A stretch of DNA of 64,000 nt from a virus, in the IMG/VR virus record IMGVR_UViG_3300043427_003610, positions 20,554 to 84,553 of that record; one strand, given 5' to 3'. The number at the start of each line of letters is the position of its first letter. The first letter of the stretch is position 1. Both the position numbers and the translations under genes were made by a program. The notes under the pieces were generated by a model. That model did not search any database. It was given only the letters and a program-made list of their open reading frames with translations, and was not told the origin of the DNA. Positions 27,437 through 37,550 of this stretch are shown one piece after another.

Positions 27437-30400
27437 TGCGCCCATCGCCTACGCCGTCGACCTTCTTTGCGGCGGACCAGGACTGGCTCTTTCGGGTTCG
27501 CACGTGGGATACGCCGCAGACAACGCTCGAGAATGACACCGCCTCCGCCGGGATGCGGCTGCGTGTCTACCAGCCGATCGCGGAGACGACGAACTGGACG
27601 ACCTACGCGGACGCCCTGAAGGCCGTCGCGGACGGCAGCTCGCCCGAGACGGCTTTCACCAGCGCGACCTACGCGACCTCGGCGCTCAAGAACAGCTCCG
27701 GCACGCCCGTGGACGGTCGTTGGCCGCTGGTCCAGGCCTATTGGGGCAGTGGTGCCCCGAACTGGTGGGGCGGGGCCCGCTCTCGGCGGGTCGCACTCTG
27801 CTACCAGGGCACGATCGTCCCGGCCGCGCAGCGCGCGTGGCTCTCGGCCAGTAACGACTACACCTTCGCGCTCGCCGGGTCCGGCTGGGCGCGTATCGAC
27901 GTGGTCGACGGTGTCACCCGGACCACGATCTTCCGCGGGGACTTGTCCGAGCCGGTCTTCCTGAGCGCCGGGTTTAGCTACTCCAAGACCCACACCTTCA
28001 CGGCCACCAGCGAGCTGCACGTCTACTACGTTCAGACCACGAACGAGCCGTGGGGTGGCCTGGTGGTCAAGGCGATCGCCGGAAGCCGTCCTACGGGCCT
28101 TTCCGCCAACGGAACGGCCATGTCCTACACGGGCACGGCTGCGACGGAGGCGATTGCGGCTGCGGCCCCGGTGGCCAGCTGCGGCCTGTTCTCCTATGCG
28201 GCGGTCTCGCCGGTCATCCTGCCGTTCATCGAGTCGGTCAACGTCGTCCAGGAGCCTGGGGCGGCGACCCGGGCGGATATCGAGATCCCGCTCGTCAACC
28301 CGAACGTGAACGACGGGAACGGATGGACCTTCTATCAGTCCGATCCGGAGTTGGATCCGGGTTCCCTGCGGGTCTATGACGGCGGCACCCTGACCCACAC
28401 GCTCAAGCGGAAGCGGCTCATCCAGCTCCAGGTGGCCCGCAACGCCACCAGCCCGTCCTGGTCGACGATCTTCACCGGCGTGGTGGACGACTTTGACGGC
28501 GGCGGCGGTAAGGGTCGCATGACGATCCGCTGTGTCAGCTTCGAAGGACGCATGGTCGAGCAGTTCGAGCAGGCCCCGGATCGCATCAGCTACATGGCTC
28601 GCGGCTTCCGGGTGCTGGACTACGAGCGCTCCGCCCCGGCCGACCGCAAGGAGCCGGTCTACAACGTCCCCGCCTTCGACAACTGGCCGCTGGAATGGGC
28701 TATCGAGGAGATGGGGAACCGGGCCGGAATCGATCCCAGTTGCTTCAGGAAGGCCTACCAGGCGGTCAAGAGTGACGGGACAGGGGCAAGCGTCACGCTG
28801 CCCTGGGGAACGGCCCAGCGCTTCGCCGCCCGGTCCCTGTCGGGCGAGCAGGTCCGCCTGCCCCGGCCCGTGCATTACGGGAATGTCGGGCTCTCCTTCA
28901 CGGAGAAGCGGCCCTACGACGACGACTACGTCTTCAAGATCGAGCCGACCAAGGACCTCTGGTCTCGTGTCCGGGAGCTGACCGACAAGCTCGGATACGT
29001 GTGCCGGTTCGACGTGGAAGGCGCGGCGATCCTGTACCCGGCGACCTCGCCGTCCTTTGTCCGTGAGTTGGTGGTGGCTGACGCGACCTCCGGCGGCGTC
29101 AACGTCACGGCGGTCACCAACCCCTCGGCGTACGGGGCCAAGTACCTCCAGGTCGCTACGAACACCGCCGCCACCCTGCAAGCCACGGTCTCGGCCTCCC
29201 GCATCGACGTGTCCTTCCCGCGCATCACCGGGGCCCGCAACTGGACGGCCACGGTCACGCGGGTGTCGGACTCGACGGTGGTCTTTACCGGGACGATCAG
29301 CCAGACCAGCTCCGCGGCCTCGCTCGAGCTGTTCTTCGACGCGACCGTGGCCCAGCCGGGCAGCAATAGCACGGTGGTCACGCTGTACTCCGGCGACTAC
29401 ACCAGCTACCAGGTCACCCTCACGGCTGCGTCGGCGGCGAGCCTGGCCTACGTGGACTGCCTGCTCTGCTACGCGCAGGACCCGGACACGGCCAAGCTCC
29501 CGACCCTGTCGACCTCGGACGCGGCCCTCTCGGTGGCGCTCAGGTCCCAGCAGGACGCGGTCCGGAATAAGGTCACGATCGTGGGCCGCCGGAAGGCCGC
29601 GGTGACCGACAGCGACAAGTTCGACGAAGCCCAGGGGCCGACCGAGCAGGAGTTCGTGGTCCAGAACGCGGTGGACATTAACTCGATCTCGAATCCGTCG
29701 GCCCTCAACTACATCGGCTACTTGAAGCAGGCCGTGATCTACGACGAGTCGATCGCGGACGACGGGCTCGCCCGCTACCTGGCCCAGGTCTTCATCTACC
29801 GCCAGTCCGTGCCCCGGGCAGGTACGAACGTGACGCACACGCTGCTCCCCATGCTCGAGCCTGGCGACCCGGTCGCCGTCAACGAGTCGATGTTCGACAC
29901 GATGACCTCGAGCATGACGCAGTACGTGCGGAAGGTGAGCCACCAGATCGCCGCTAACAAGTTCACGACGACGGTCGAGACCGAGGCCTGGCCGGACTAC
30001 CCGGCCTACCAGCCCCGCACGGACATCAACCTGGCCGACTTTAACAACAAGCCGGTCACGGGCATGACAATCAACTACGTGTCCATCAGCGGCCAGACCA
30101 TTACGGACCCTGGTGCGGACGACGTCAAGCGGGTCGAGGGCAATCTGGTCGAGCAGTCCAACGTCACGTTCACGGGCAGCACGCTGAACGTGAACACGGG
30201 TCTGCAGTGGCCGCCGGTGCCGGGCACGTTCCAGATCAAGCCGAACTACGTCGCAGGAACGACACGCACCGCGGTGCAGACAGATCGAGCAGACGTCACC
30301 GGCTCCTGGGCTACGGGCGCACGGCTGCACACGTTCACCATGAGCGAAGACTGGTTCTTTTCCGGTCTCCTGGTGAAGCTGTACAAGGCCGATGGTAGCC

Positions 30401-33369
30401 TGACGTTGTCGTCCTCTGCAACAGACGGAAATGTCAGCCGCACGGGGTACTTCTACTATCACGTGGCCGATCGCACGGTCACCGTGTTCCGCGGATCGAA
30501 GGCGTTCACCAGCACGGAAAGCCAGTACGTCCGGGGCGAGGCTGTTCTGCAGTACACCCGCTCGACCGGCGACGCGCGTAACGCCTGGCTGACCAACAAT
30601 CCGTATCACCGCTTCCTCAACATCAACTACACGGACGCGGCGAGCCCGCGCGTGCAGCTTCCCTGGGAGCAGACCACCGGTGTCACGCGCGACGACGGCA
30701 TCACGTCCTTCAACGTCCGCTACAGGAGTCTGTTCGAGGACGTGGGTCGTACCGATCCGAACGGTGCTGCTATCGGTGGCGTCGCGCAGAGCCCGTTCTA
30801 CGACCCGTACACCAGCGAGCTGGGCTACCTGGTGTCCTTCCGGTGCTCGGTGCTGGCCGAAGGCCTCTACCGTGTGTCCATCCGCAACTGGGAAGACGAC
30901 ACGATCGTCGCCTGGCTGACCAACCCCGCGGGTGACGCGTCCGAGCCGGAAGAGCACTGGGAGTACCTCCCAGTCATGGCTAACCGCCAGTTCACATGGG
31001 ATGGCGTCGACCAGCTCGGGATTTGGAATGCTACCCAGTCTGAGCTGTATTCCACGCTGGTGGAGGGCACCTTCGAGGACGGCGAGCGGCCGCGCGTCGG
31101 GAGGGGCTACTACTGCTGGAATCGGGAGATCAGTGGTGGTGACCTGGGCCCGCTGGCGTACATCTGGATGCAGCGTGACCCGAGCACCGGCCTGCCGTAC
31201 ATCGGGCAGGGTACGTATGGCCGCTGGTACGTCTTCGTCGAGGCGCAGACCACGACGGACGCCGAGAACGAGGTCAGCAGCCGCGACAGTGACCTGGCCA
31301 TCCTGACGCACCTGCCGGAGCCGACCAAGGTCGAGCTGTCGGTCCAGGATTGGAGCGGCAGCGCCTGGGTCACCCCGACCACTGGCGTCTCGACCTCCAC
31401 CATTGGCGCCTACATCAACAACACGAAGCCGGTTCGTATTCGCTTCCGGGTCGCGCAGCGCCCTGGTCAGCTCTGGACTGCGACCAATAAGGGCGAGGTG
31501 TCGGTCAAGCTCACGCGCGAGGCGCATCTGCGTGCGGTCCTGGCCGACCAGACGGTGGTCTATCGCGGGAAGGAGTTTGCCGGGACCAGTGTCGAAGACC
31601 GGGCGATCTATAACCGCCGCTTGGTGAACGACGAGCACACCCGGCAGTACGTCGACACCGGCTACCGGAAGGCCAAGACCTTCAAGTGGAACGATGGTAC
31701 CGATACCGGCGACGCCGTGACGGAGTGGGTGTTCCAGCCCTCGGATTTCAAGAAGGACTTCATGATCCAGGGCTACGAGGAGTCTCTCGAATTCGGCAAT
31801 TACCTGCAGCTTGAGGAAGTGCCTGAGTGGAACGGCACTCGCGAGCTGACGGCAGCGCGTGCCCGGCTCCACTTCGCGCTGATGAGCTACCTGTTCTACC
31901 TGTCGGCCTATGTGACCGACCGGTCCGGGCGCTCGAGCTGGGGCATCAACCGGAGCTTCGTCGACAAGTCCAAGATCTACATCAACACGGCAACCCTCGA
32001 TTGGCCGACGGACCCCATGTACGAGCATCGTCGAACGGTGGTCTGCCGTCAGTGGACGGAAGAGACTGCTTGGAAGACCGGCCAGCTGTCGACGTTCGGC
32101 TATGACGCCAACACGCTGTTCAACCAGCTGTTGCAGGCGTTCTGGTGGCAGCACGATGTCACTTCGATAACGATCGGCACCGGTATGGTGTTTTGGGGTG
32201 ACTATGTGTTGCCTACTGATCCCTACTCCAACTTCCACGTGGTGTCTGGGAGCGGGTTGTCTGAGCCGTTTGTGTTGCCGAACACCTACACCATCTACAA
32301 CCGGCAGCTCGGCAACGTGGTGTCTGGTGCCCCGACGTGCTTGCTGGGCAAGCGCACGACGGCGCAGGGCGGTGGGACGCTCACTGGCAGCTGGAACTGG
32401 GAGTCCAGCCCGATCTGGATTCCCAACATTACGCGAGACCTGCACCCGTTCTTCCTGCTGCCGCCGATGATCTCGCCTCCCAAGCCTGCGGGTACGACCC
32501 CGGCATGGGGTCTTGAGCGCGATTATCGTCCGATCAACTGCTACTGGACGATCGGTGGGCCGGACGTATCGGTGAGGGGACGTGGTGGATACGACCAAAG
32601 CGGATCGGTAACGAACTCGTACTACGTCACGAGTGACGCCGCCGCGGCCGAGACGTGGACCAGCCCTGTGGGAGACTTCACGTACTCGACCTCCCGCTTC
32701 TGGCCTGGACAGTCGGTAGACGTGAAGGAGAAGCCGTTCAAGGACTTGAGTGCCTCCGACAAGGCGAAGTTCATGAACTATGTTCGCCAGGACGAGATGG
32801 TGCACTACGAGGACCTGCGCGGCGTCTACAGCCGCGGCCGCTATCCGACGGCTCCGGCGGTTAAGGTCCCGGCGGGCTCGGCGTACTACCTCAATCCGTT
32901 CCGCTATTTGGGCATCGAAGTCAGCAACACCCTCAACGATTCCCCGTATCCGCAGTATCACGTGATCGTGGATCGCCAGGCCTTGTCGACGGGAATTGAG
33001 TGGTTCCGTACGGCCTTCCGCAGCGAGTACGTCTGGGAGTCGGGGTCGATGTTCCCGAGCAGCCTGACCGGCCGCGAGCGGCTGGAAGGTGTGCTCTGGT
33101 GGCGGCACCGGTACTCGACGGTGGTGCCGAGCACGCTCTACTACGACTTCGGCGCCTGGACGGGCTGGAAGGACGACCGCCTGGCCTCGCTGGGTGCCGC
33201 GGCCGTCGTGGGCGGCAAGCGGACGGGCGGTGACTACACCTCGACAAATATCACAGTCGGCAACCCCTTCACCACGGGCTTCATGCCGGTCGGCGTCGGG
33301 CCGGTCCTGCCGGAGACGACAGAGCTGGTCTGTCACATGATTCTTCTCAACGAACGGCGTGGGAGCTAA
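27436..33369 (+). CDS. Large tail tip/hub protein
   Basis: 1977 aa; IFTGVVDDF, VRNKVTIVG, MLEPGDPVAV..YVRKVSHQI hub motifs; PA14-like N-terminal part. Confidence 0.7.
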   Translation: MRPSPTPSTFFAADQDWLFRVRTWDTPQTTLENDTASAGMRLRVYQPIAETTNWTTYADALKAVADGSSPETAFTSATYATSALKNSSGTPVDGRWPLVQAYWGSGAPNWWGGARSRRVALCYQGTIVPAAQRAWLSASNDYTFALAGSGWARIDVVDGVTRTTIFRGDLSEPVFLSAGFSYSKTHTFTATSELHVYYVQTTNEPWGGLVVKAIAGSRPTGLSANGTAMSYTGTAATEAIAAAAPVASCGLFSYAAVSPVILPFIESVNVVQEPGAATRADIEIPLVNPNVNDGNGWTFYQSDPELDPGSLRVYDGGTLTHTLKRKRLIQLQVARNATSPSWSTIFTGVVDDFDGGGGKGRMTIRCVSFEGRMVEQFEQAPDRISYMARGFRVLDYERSAPADRKEPVYNVPAFDNWPLEWAIEEMGNRAGIDPSCFRKAYQAVKSDGTGASVTLPWGTAQRFAARSLSGEQVRLPRPVHYGNVGLSFTEKRPYDDDYVFKIEPTKDLWSRVRELTDKLGYVCRFDVEGAAILYPATSPSFVRELVVADATSGGVNVTAVTNPSAYGAKYLQVATNTAATLQATVSASRIDVSFPRITGARNWTATVTRVSDSTVVFTGTISQTSSAASLELFFDATVAQPGSNSTVVTLYSGDYTSYQVTLTAASAASLAYVDCLLCYAQDPDTAKLPTLSTSDAALSVALRSQQDAVRNKVTIVGRRKAAVTDSDKFDEAQGPTEQEFVVQNAVDINSISNPSALNYIGYLKQAVIYDESIADDGLARYLAQVFIYRQSVPRAGTNVTHTLLPMLEPGDPVAVNESMFDTMTSSMTQYVRKVSHQIAANKFTTTVETEAWPDYPAYQPRTDINLADFNNKPVTGMTINYVSISGQTITDPGADDVKRVEGNLVEQSNVTFTGSTLNVNTGLQWPPVPGTFQIKPNYVAGTTRTAVQTDRADVTGSWATGARLHTFTMSEDWFFSGLLVKLYKADGSLTLSSSATDGNVSRTGYFYYHVADRTVTVFRGSKAFTSTESQYVRGEAVLQYTRSTGDARNAWLTNNPYHRFLNINYTDAASPRVQLPWEQTTGVTRDDGITSFNVRYRSLFEDVGRTDPNGAAIGGVAQSPFYDPYTSELGYLVSFRCSVLAEGLYRVSIRNWEDDTIVAWLTNPAGDASEPEEHWEYLPVMANRQFTWDGVDQLGIWNATQSELYSTLVEGTFEDGERPRVGRGYYCWNREISGGDLGPLAYIWMQRDPSTGLPYIGQGTYGRWYVFVEAQTTTDAENEVSSRDSDLAILTHLPEPTKVELSVQDWSGSAWVTPTTGVSTSTIGAYINNTKPVRIRFRVAQRPGQLWTATNKGEVSVKLTREAHLRAVLADQTVVYRGKEFAGTSVEDRAIYNRRLVNDEHTRQYVDTGYRKAKTFKWNDGTDTGDAVTEWVFQPSDFKKDFMIQGYEESLEFGNYLQLEEVPEWNGTRELTAARARLHFALMSYLFYLSAYVTDRSGRSSWGINRSFVDKSKIYINTATLDWPTDPMYEHRRTVVCRQWTEETAWKTGQLSTFGYDANTLFNQLLQAFWWQHDVTSITIGTGMVFWGDYVLPTDPYSNFHVVSGSGLSEPFVLPNTYTIYNRQLGNVVSGAPTCLLGKRTTAQGGGTLTGSWNWESSPIWIPNITRDLHPFFLLPPMISPPKPAGTTPAWGLERDYRPINCYWTIGGPDVSVRGRGGYDQSGSVTNSYYVTSDAAAAETWTSPVGDFTYSTSRFWPGQSVDVKEKPFKDLSASDKAKFMNYVRQDEMVHYEDLRGVYSRGRYPTAPAVKVPAGSAYYLNPFRYLGIEVSNTLNDSPYPQYHVIVDRQALSTGIEWFRTAFRSEYVWESGSMFPSSLTGRERLEGVLWWRHRYSTVVPSTLYYDFGAWTGWKDDRLASLGAAAVVGGKRTGGDYTSTNITVGNPFTTGFMPVGVGPVLPETTELVCHMILLNERRGS

Positions 33370-33371
33370 CG

Positions 33372-36300
33372 ATGGCACTCTCCCTTCTTGAATCTCTTCG
33401 CAAGCTGATCCGCCAGGACACCGTCAAGGTCGGCGGGTCCATCGGCAACATGCACGGCGCAGTGCGTGTCGACCTGGCCAGCACGGCGGACTCGGCGACC
33501 CAGACCTGGCTCGGCATGACCATTCCGAGCCGGGACCTGCCTACGTTGCCGCAGTTCCTGGCGACCTTCGCCGAAGATCCGTCGGCCATGGAGCTGGAGG
33601 TAGCGTCGGAGGGTGTGCTCAGCCTCACGCTGACGCCCTACTCGGCGACGTTGCTGCGCACCGTGGTCAACGCGGACCGCACGCTCAACTTCAACCTTGA
33701 GATCACTGTCCCGACCACCGGCGGGGTGGCGGCCGTGTACGTGGACGGCAACCTGGTCCGCACGATCCGTGGGACCGCGGCCGCGCCGGTCACCCTGTCC
33801 TCCGGGCAGCATACGCTCTATGTCCTGGTGGTGTCGCCGAGCATCACGATTACGGCTCCCAAGCGCCTCAGCTTTGTCGGCGAGACGGACGTTCCCAGCG
33901 CGCCACAATGGGAGTCCTCGACGACGGGCTACCTGGACCAGATCTCCGGCACGTCGGCCAACATCCTGCGCTGGCTTGCTGATCCCGAGGTGGGCCACTA
34001 CCGGGTGCTGCGCCGCGAGCCCAAGCTGATCGCCAACCTGGCGGTGCCTGGTGACGGCGAGGTGCTGGGCGTCAGTGCCCTCACGACCAACGACACATTC
34101 AGCATCACCATCGACGGAGACCATGCGGCGGAGATCCCGCTGCAGGCCGTGCTGCTCAACGGAGGCGAATCGATCGGCGTGGTCACCGGGGTCCAGGTGG
34201 ATACCGGCGACACGATCATTACGTGTCGTCTTCCGCTTGGGGTCGCGGAGCCGCCCACGACCGGCCTCCTCAACCAGCTGCTCTACATCGGCACGTTCAC
34301 CGAGCTGAGCCGGGTGACGCGAGTCGCCAACACGGCAATTCTGGAGTACGTGGACGGTGCCGTGACCAAGGACGTCGCCTACGAGTACGCGCTGCAGGCG
34401 GCGGGGCTGGTGGACGAAACCATCCTGAGCCCGCTGAGCCAGATCCGCTACCTCGTGACCGGCGATTTCACTGCGCCCGGCCCGATCGTGTTCGAGAGCG
34501 GCTACCCGACGGTGCTGAATAAGAACGTCACGGTGCGCTTTACGACGCCTGCCGACCTCGACTACGCGGGCGTCAATGTCTACTTCCGCCAGCGCATCCT
34601 GAACGGGGCCAATCCGTACGACGCCACGAACGTGAGCGGTACGACCGTGACGGTGACGCCGACCACGCTGCCCACCGCGGCTGGCGGGCTGGCCGGGTAC
34701 AAGCTGCGGTTCGTGAACGCCACTTACGGCGCCTACACCTTCGAGATTGCAAGCAACACGGCCAGTGCCATTACGCTGACCGAGACGGTGCCGACGGAAA
34801 TCCAGACGGTCATCAACGCCGCCCAGCCGGTGGACCTGACTATCTACAAGGACACGGCGCTCCGGACGGACCGCGGGCTGCCGAACCGCCCGGACGAGCT
34901 GAACTTCGAGGCCCAGGACTACGGTCAGTACTACTTCGCCACGTTCGACCGGTCCGGCAATGAGCAGGATTTCGCCACGGCCGTGACCTGGGACTACGAC
35001 CCTACGGACGACAACTTCACCAGCCCGCCGGTGCTGGCACTCCGGCAGCTCGTGGCGTCAGAGCAGGCGTACTTCTTCCTCTCCGGGACCGGCACGGTCA
35101 GCATTACGACTGGCGGCGCGGCCACCTTCAGCACCAGCCAGACGTTCGGCGTGGGCTCGCAGATCCGGGTCAGCTCGACGAACTACACGATCACGGCGGG
35201 CAGCGGCACCAGCTATACCGTGACGCCCAACCCTGGCGCGACGATCACCACGCAGCCCTTCAGCTACTGGGCGGACTCGGTGAACTACGCGGTGATCGAG
35301 GTGTGGGCCTATGACCCGTCCTTGCCGACCGCGAACCAGTACGACGGCGTGTCGGTCAAGTACCAGCGGGGGAACGGCACGATTGAGTCGCTTCCGATGG
35401 ACGGGGCGACCGCTCTGGGCACGCCCGCCTATCCGAACCTCGTGACGAGCACGGCTGAAGCCATCCTGGACACTCCGCCGACAACCCGCTCGCGCTTCAT
35501 CCTGGTCAATCGGAACGACGAGGGGATCAACGTGTGGGCCGAGAATGCCTCAGGCCTCACGACGGACAAGACCACGTTCATCGCGGACCTGGACACCACC
35601 CCGGAAGCCACCCTCGAGACCACCATCAGCACGCTGACCAATACGGTGCAGTTCGTGGTGGTCGTAGACGATGACACCAAGTCCTTCAAGTGGCAGGTAG
35701 ACGAGGGGACGACGTACACGGTCGACACGACGACCCAGAAGCGGATCTCCATTGACGGGGCGACGAAGACCACCGGCGGTGCCCTGCTGTACCCTGAGCT
35801 GACCCTGGAGCTGGGGCAGCTCAAGCAGCTCAAGGTCCGGCCGTACGCGGACAACCCGCCGACGACCCCGTATGGTGGTGAGCTGATCGTGCGTGACTTG
35901 GTTCGTACGCCCCGGTCGTCCGTCACCTTCGACAACAAGGACGCAAACGGCAACTACCTGGTCACGCAGACCAAGGCCATCTTCTCGATGGCTCCGGCGC
36001 AGACCAAGACGGTCACCGGTCGCACGGGCACCTTGGCCACGGTCGGCAATAACCAGGTGCTCACGGACTCCGGGTCCCCCGGCTGGACCGTGAACCAGTT
36101 CCAGACCGGCTCGACCAAGTTCTACTACCTGCTGCTCTTCCCGACCTCGGCCCAGGGGCGCGAGGCGATTTCAGTCCCGATCGTCAGCAACACGGCGAAT
36201 ACCGTCACGGTGACCGGGCTCAGCCAGTACGTGGGGCTCAGCCCCAGCTCGTTGAATTACGAGATCCATGATGGTGCGGTGCTTTTCCGGCAGGTGATCG

Positions 36301-37538
36301 GCGGTGTGGCGCAGGGCAACTTCCAGCCGTCGACCGGCACCAAGGTGTTCAGCAAGACGGCCGATTTCGACCTCGAGTTCTACGCGACCAAGACGGGCTG
36401 CTACCCGGAGAGCCCGCGCCGGGTTACGGTCGACGCGGACGACCTGCCCAGCCTGAGCGGCTTCCAGTACACCCCGCTGACGATCTCGACCGTGGACTAC
36501 CTGCAGCTCGGGTTTGGTGGCTACGACGACGATGCGACGTTCTGGGAAGTCTACGAGAAGAAGGGCGGTTGGCCGACCACGGATGCCGCGCAGCCCTCGA
36601 GTACGGTCGTCATGGACATGTCCAAGATCGACCGGAACTTCCTGCGGTTCTCGGGCAGCGTGGACCAGTCCTACTACCGGCGGGCCCGGGCCAGCATGAC
36701 GGCCGGGGACGTGTGGTACGCGGTTGCGGTGCCCAAGAACTCCTTCGGCCAGGTCGGCTATCCGTCGACCGCTCAGTTCACGGTGGGCGGTACCGTTAAC
36801 GCCATCACGGACATCACCCTGACGCCTAGCGTCAACAACACGTACGTAAACGTCACGTTCAGCTACACCGGATCTGGCACCACCAACGTGTCGCTCAGCT
36901 CCGTCCGGAGCGACGATCCGAACACGACGGTCACCGGATCGGTGCAGGTCAGTTCGACTTATCAATTGCCGATCACTGAGAAGGTGGTGGCGAGCGGCGG
37001 GATCACCCGGACGTGGACGGTGACGGCCACGCTCACCGGCGGCAACACGGTTACCAGGTCGGTGACCTTCCAGGTGGAAGAATCGACATCGACGGGCTCC
37101 ACGCTGTCATTGACCGGCACGGCGAGCATCTACTCGATGGGTCTCTGCTCCAATGCGGACTGCACGAGTTTGTTCTCGGCCCCGCATCAGCGGTTGGTGA
37201 CCTGGGCGTTGACGGTGACGGGAACCGGGGTGGTGAGCAACCCGGCTACGCCGTACCGGATCAACATCGACGTGGCGAAAGAATTCACCGCCACGAACTG
37301 GTACCCGCTGGTGGTCGGCCTCAACGCGGCAGATCGGTCGTACATCGACACGACCGGGTGCGCGTACAGCGATGGTACTGGTGGTCTGACGGAGTACTGG
37401 CACTATCGCCTGACGGTGACGGACCAGTACGGCGTGGATGTGAGCCCGGCGGTGACGTACACTATCGCGCGGGTTACAGAGAACAACATGCGGTCGTGTA
37501 CGGGTGGCATCGGTGGTGGTGGCGGGAACGCGTTCTAA
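33372..37538 (+). CDS. Tail protein with FN3/Ig-like domains
   Basis: Thr-rich beta repeats; LRW..GHYRVLRR, YEYALQA, DFTAPGP, DRSGNEQ. Confidence 0.68.
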   Translation: MALSLLESLRKLIRQDTVKVGGSIGNMHGAVRVDLASTADSATQTWLGMTIPSRDLPTLPQFLATFAEDPSAMELEVASEGVLSLTLTPYSATLLRTVVNADRTLNFNLEITVPTTGGVAAVYVDGNLVRTIRGTAAAPVTLSSGQHTLYVLVVSPSITITAPKRLSFVGETDVPSAPQWESSTTGYLDQISGTSANILRWLADPEVGHYRVLRREPKLIANLAVPGDGEVLGVSALTTNDTFSITIDGDHAAEIPLQAVLLNGGESIGVVTGVQVDTGDTIITCRLPLGVAEPPTTGLLNQLLYIGTFTELSRVTRVANTAILEYVDGAVTKDVAYEYALQAAGLVDETILSPLSQIRYLVTGDFTAPGPIVFESGYPTVLNKNVTVRFTTPADLDYAGVNVYFRQRILNGANPYDATNVSGTTVTVTPTTLPTAAGGLAGYKLRFVNATYGAYTFEIASNTASAITLTETVPTEIQTVINAAQPVDLTIYKDTALRTDRGLPNRPDELNFEAQDYGQYYFATFDRSGNEQDFATAVTWDYDPTDDNFTSPPVLALRQLVASEQAYFFLSGTGTVSITTGGAATFSTSQTFGVGSQIRVSSTNYTITAGSGTSYTVTPNPGATITTQPFSYWADSVNYAVIEVWAYDPSLPTANQYDGVSVKYQRGNGTIESLPMDGATALGTPAYPNLVTSTAEAILDTPPTTRSRFILVNRNDEGINVWAENASGLTTDKTTFIADLDTTPEATLETTISTLTNTVQFVVVVDDDTKSFKWQVDEGTTYTVDTTTQKRISIDGATKTTGGALLYPELTLELGQLKQLKVRPYADNPPTTPYGGELIVRDLVRTPRSSVTFDNKDANGNYLVTQTKAIFSMAPAQTKTVTGRTGTLATVGNNQVLTDSGSPGWTVNQFQTGSTKFYYLLLFPTSAQGREAISVPIVSNTANTVTVTGLSQYVGLSPSSLNYEIHDGAVLFRQVIGGVAQGNFQPSTGTKVFSKTADFDLEFYATKTGCYPESPRRVTVDADDLPSLSGFQYTPLTISTVDYLQLGFGGYDDDATFWEVYEKKGGWPTTDAAQPSSTVVMDMSKIDRNFLRFSGSVDQSYYRRARASMTAGDVWYAVAVPKNSFGQVGYPSTAQFTVGGTVNAITDITLTPSVNNTYVNVTFSYTGSGTTNVSLSSVRSDDPNTTVTGSVQVSSTYQLPITEKVVASGGITRTWTVTATLTGGNTVTRSVTFQVEESTSTGSTLSLTGTASIYSMGLCSNADCTSLFSAPHQRLVTWALTVTGTGVVSNPATPYRINIDVAKEFTATNWYPLVVGLNAADRSYIDTTGCAYSDGTGGLTEYWHYRLTVTDQYGVDVSPAVTYTIARVTENNMRSCTGGIGGGGGNAF

Positions 37539-37550
37539 CCGGGACAGCTA

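Noticed and set aside
27433-33378. 1981-aa antisense ORF (and similar shadows at 3686-5248, 7450-9090, 14969-16783 and 57334-59337)
   Set aside because: These are in codon register with real genes on the opposite strand. Avoidance of TTA/CTA/TCA codons in GC-rich genes removes antisense stops, and the translations are Arg/Gly/Val-rich without recognisable motifs.
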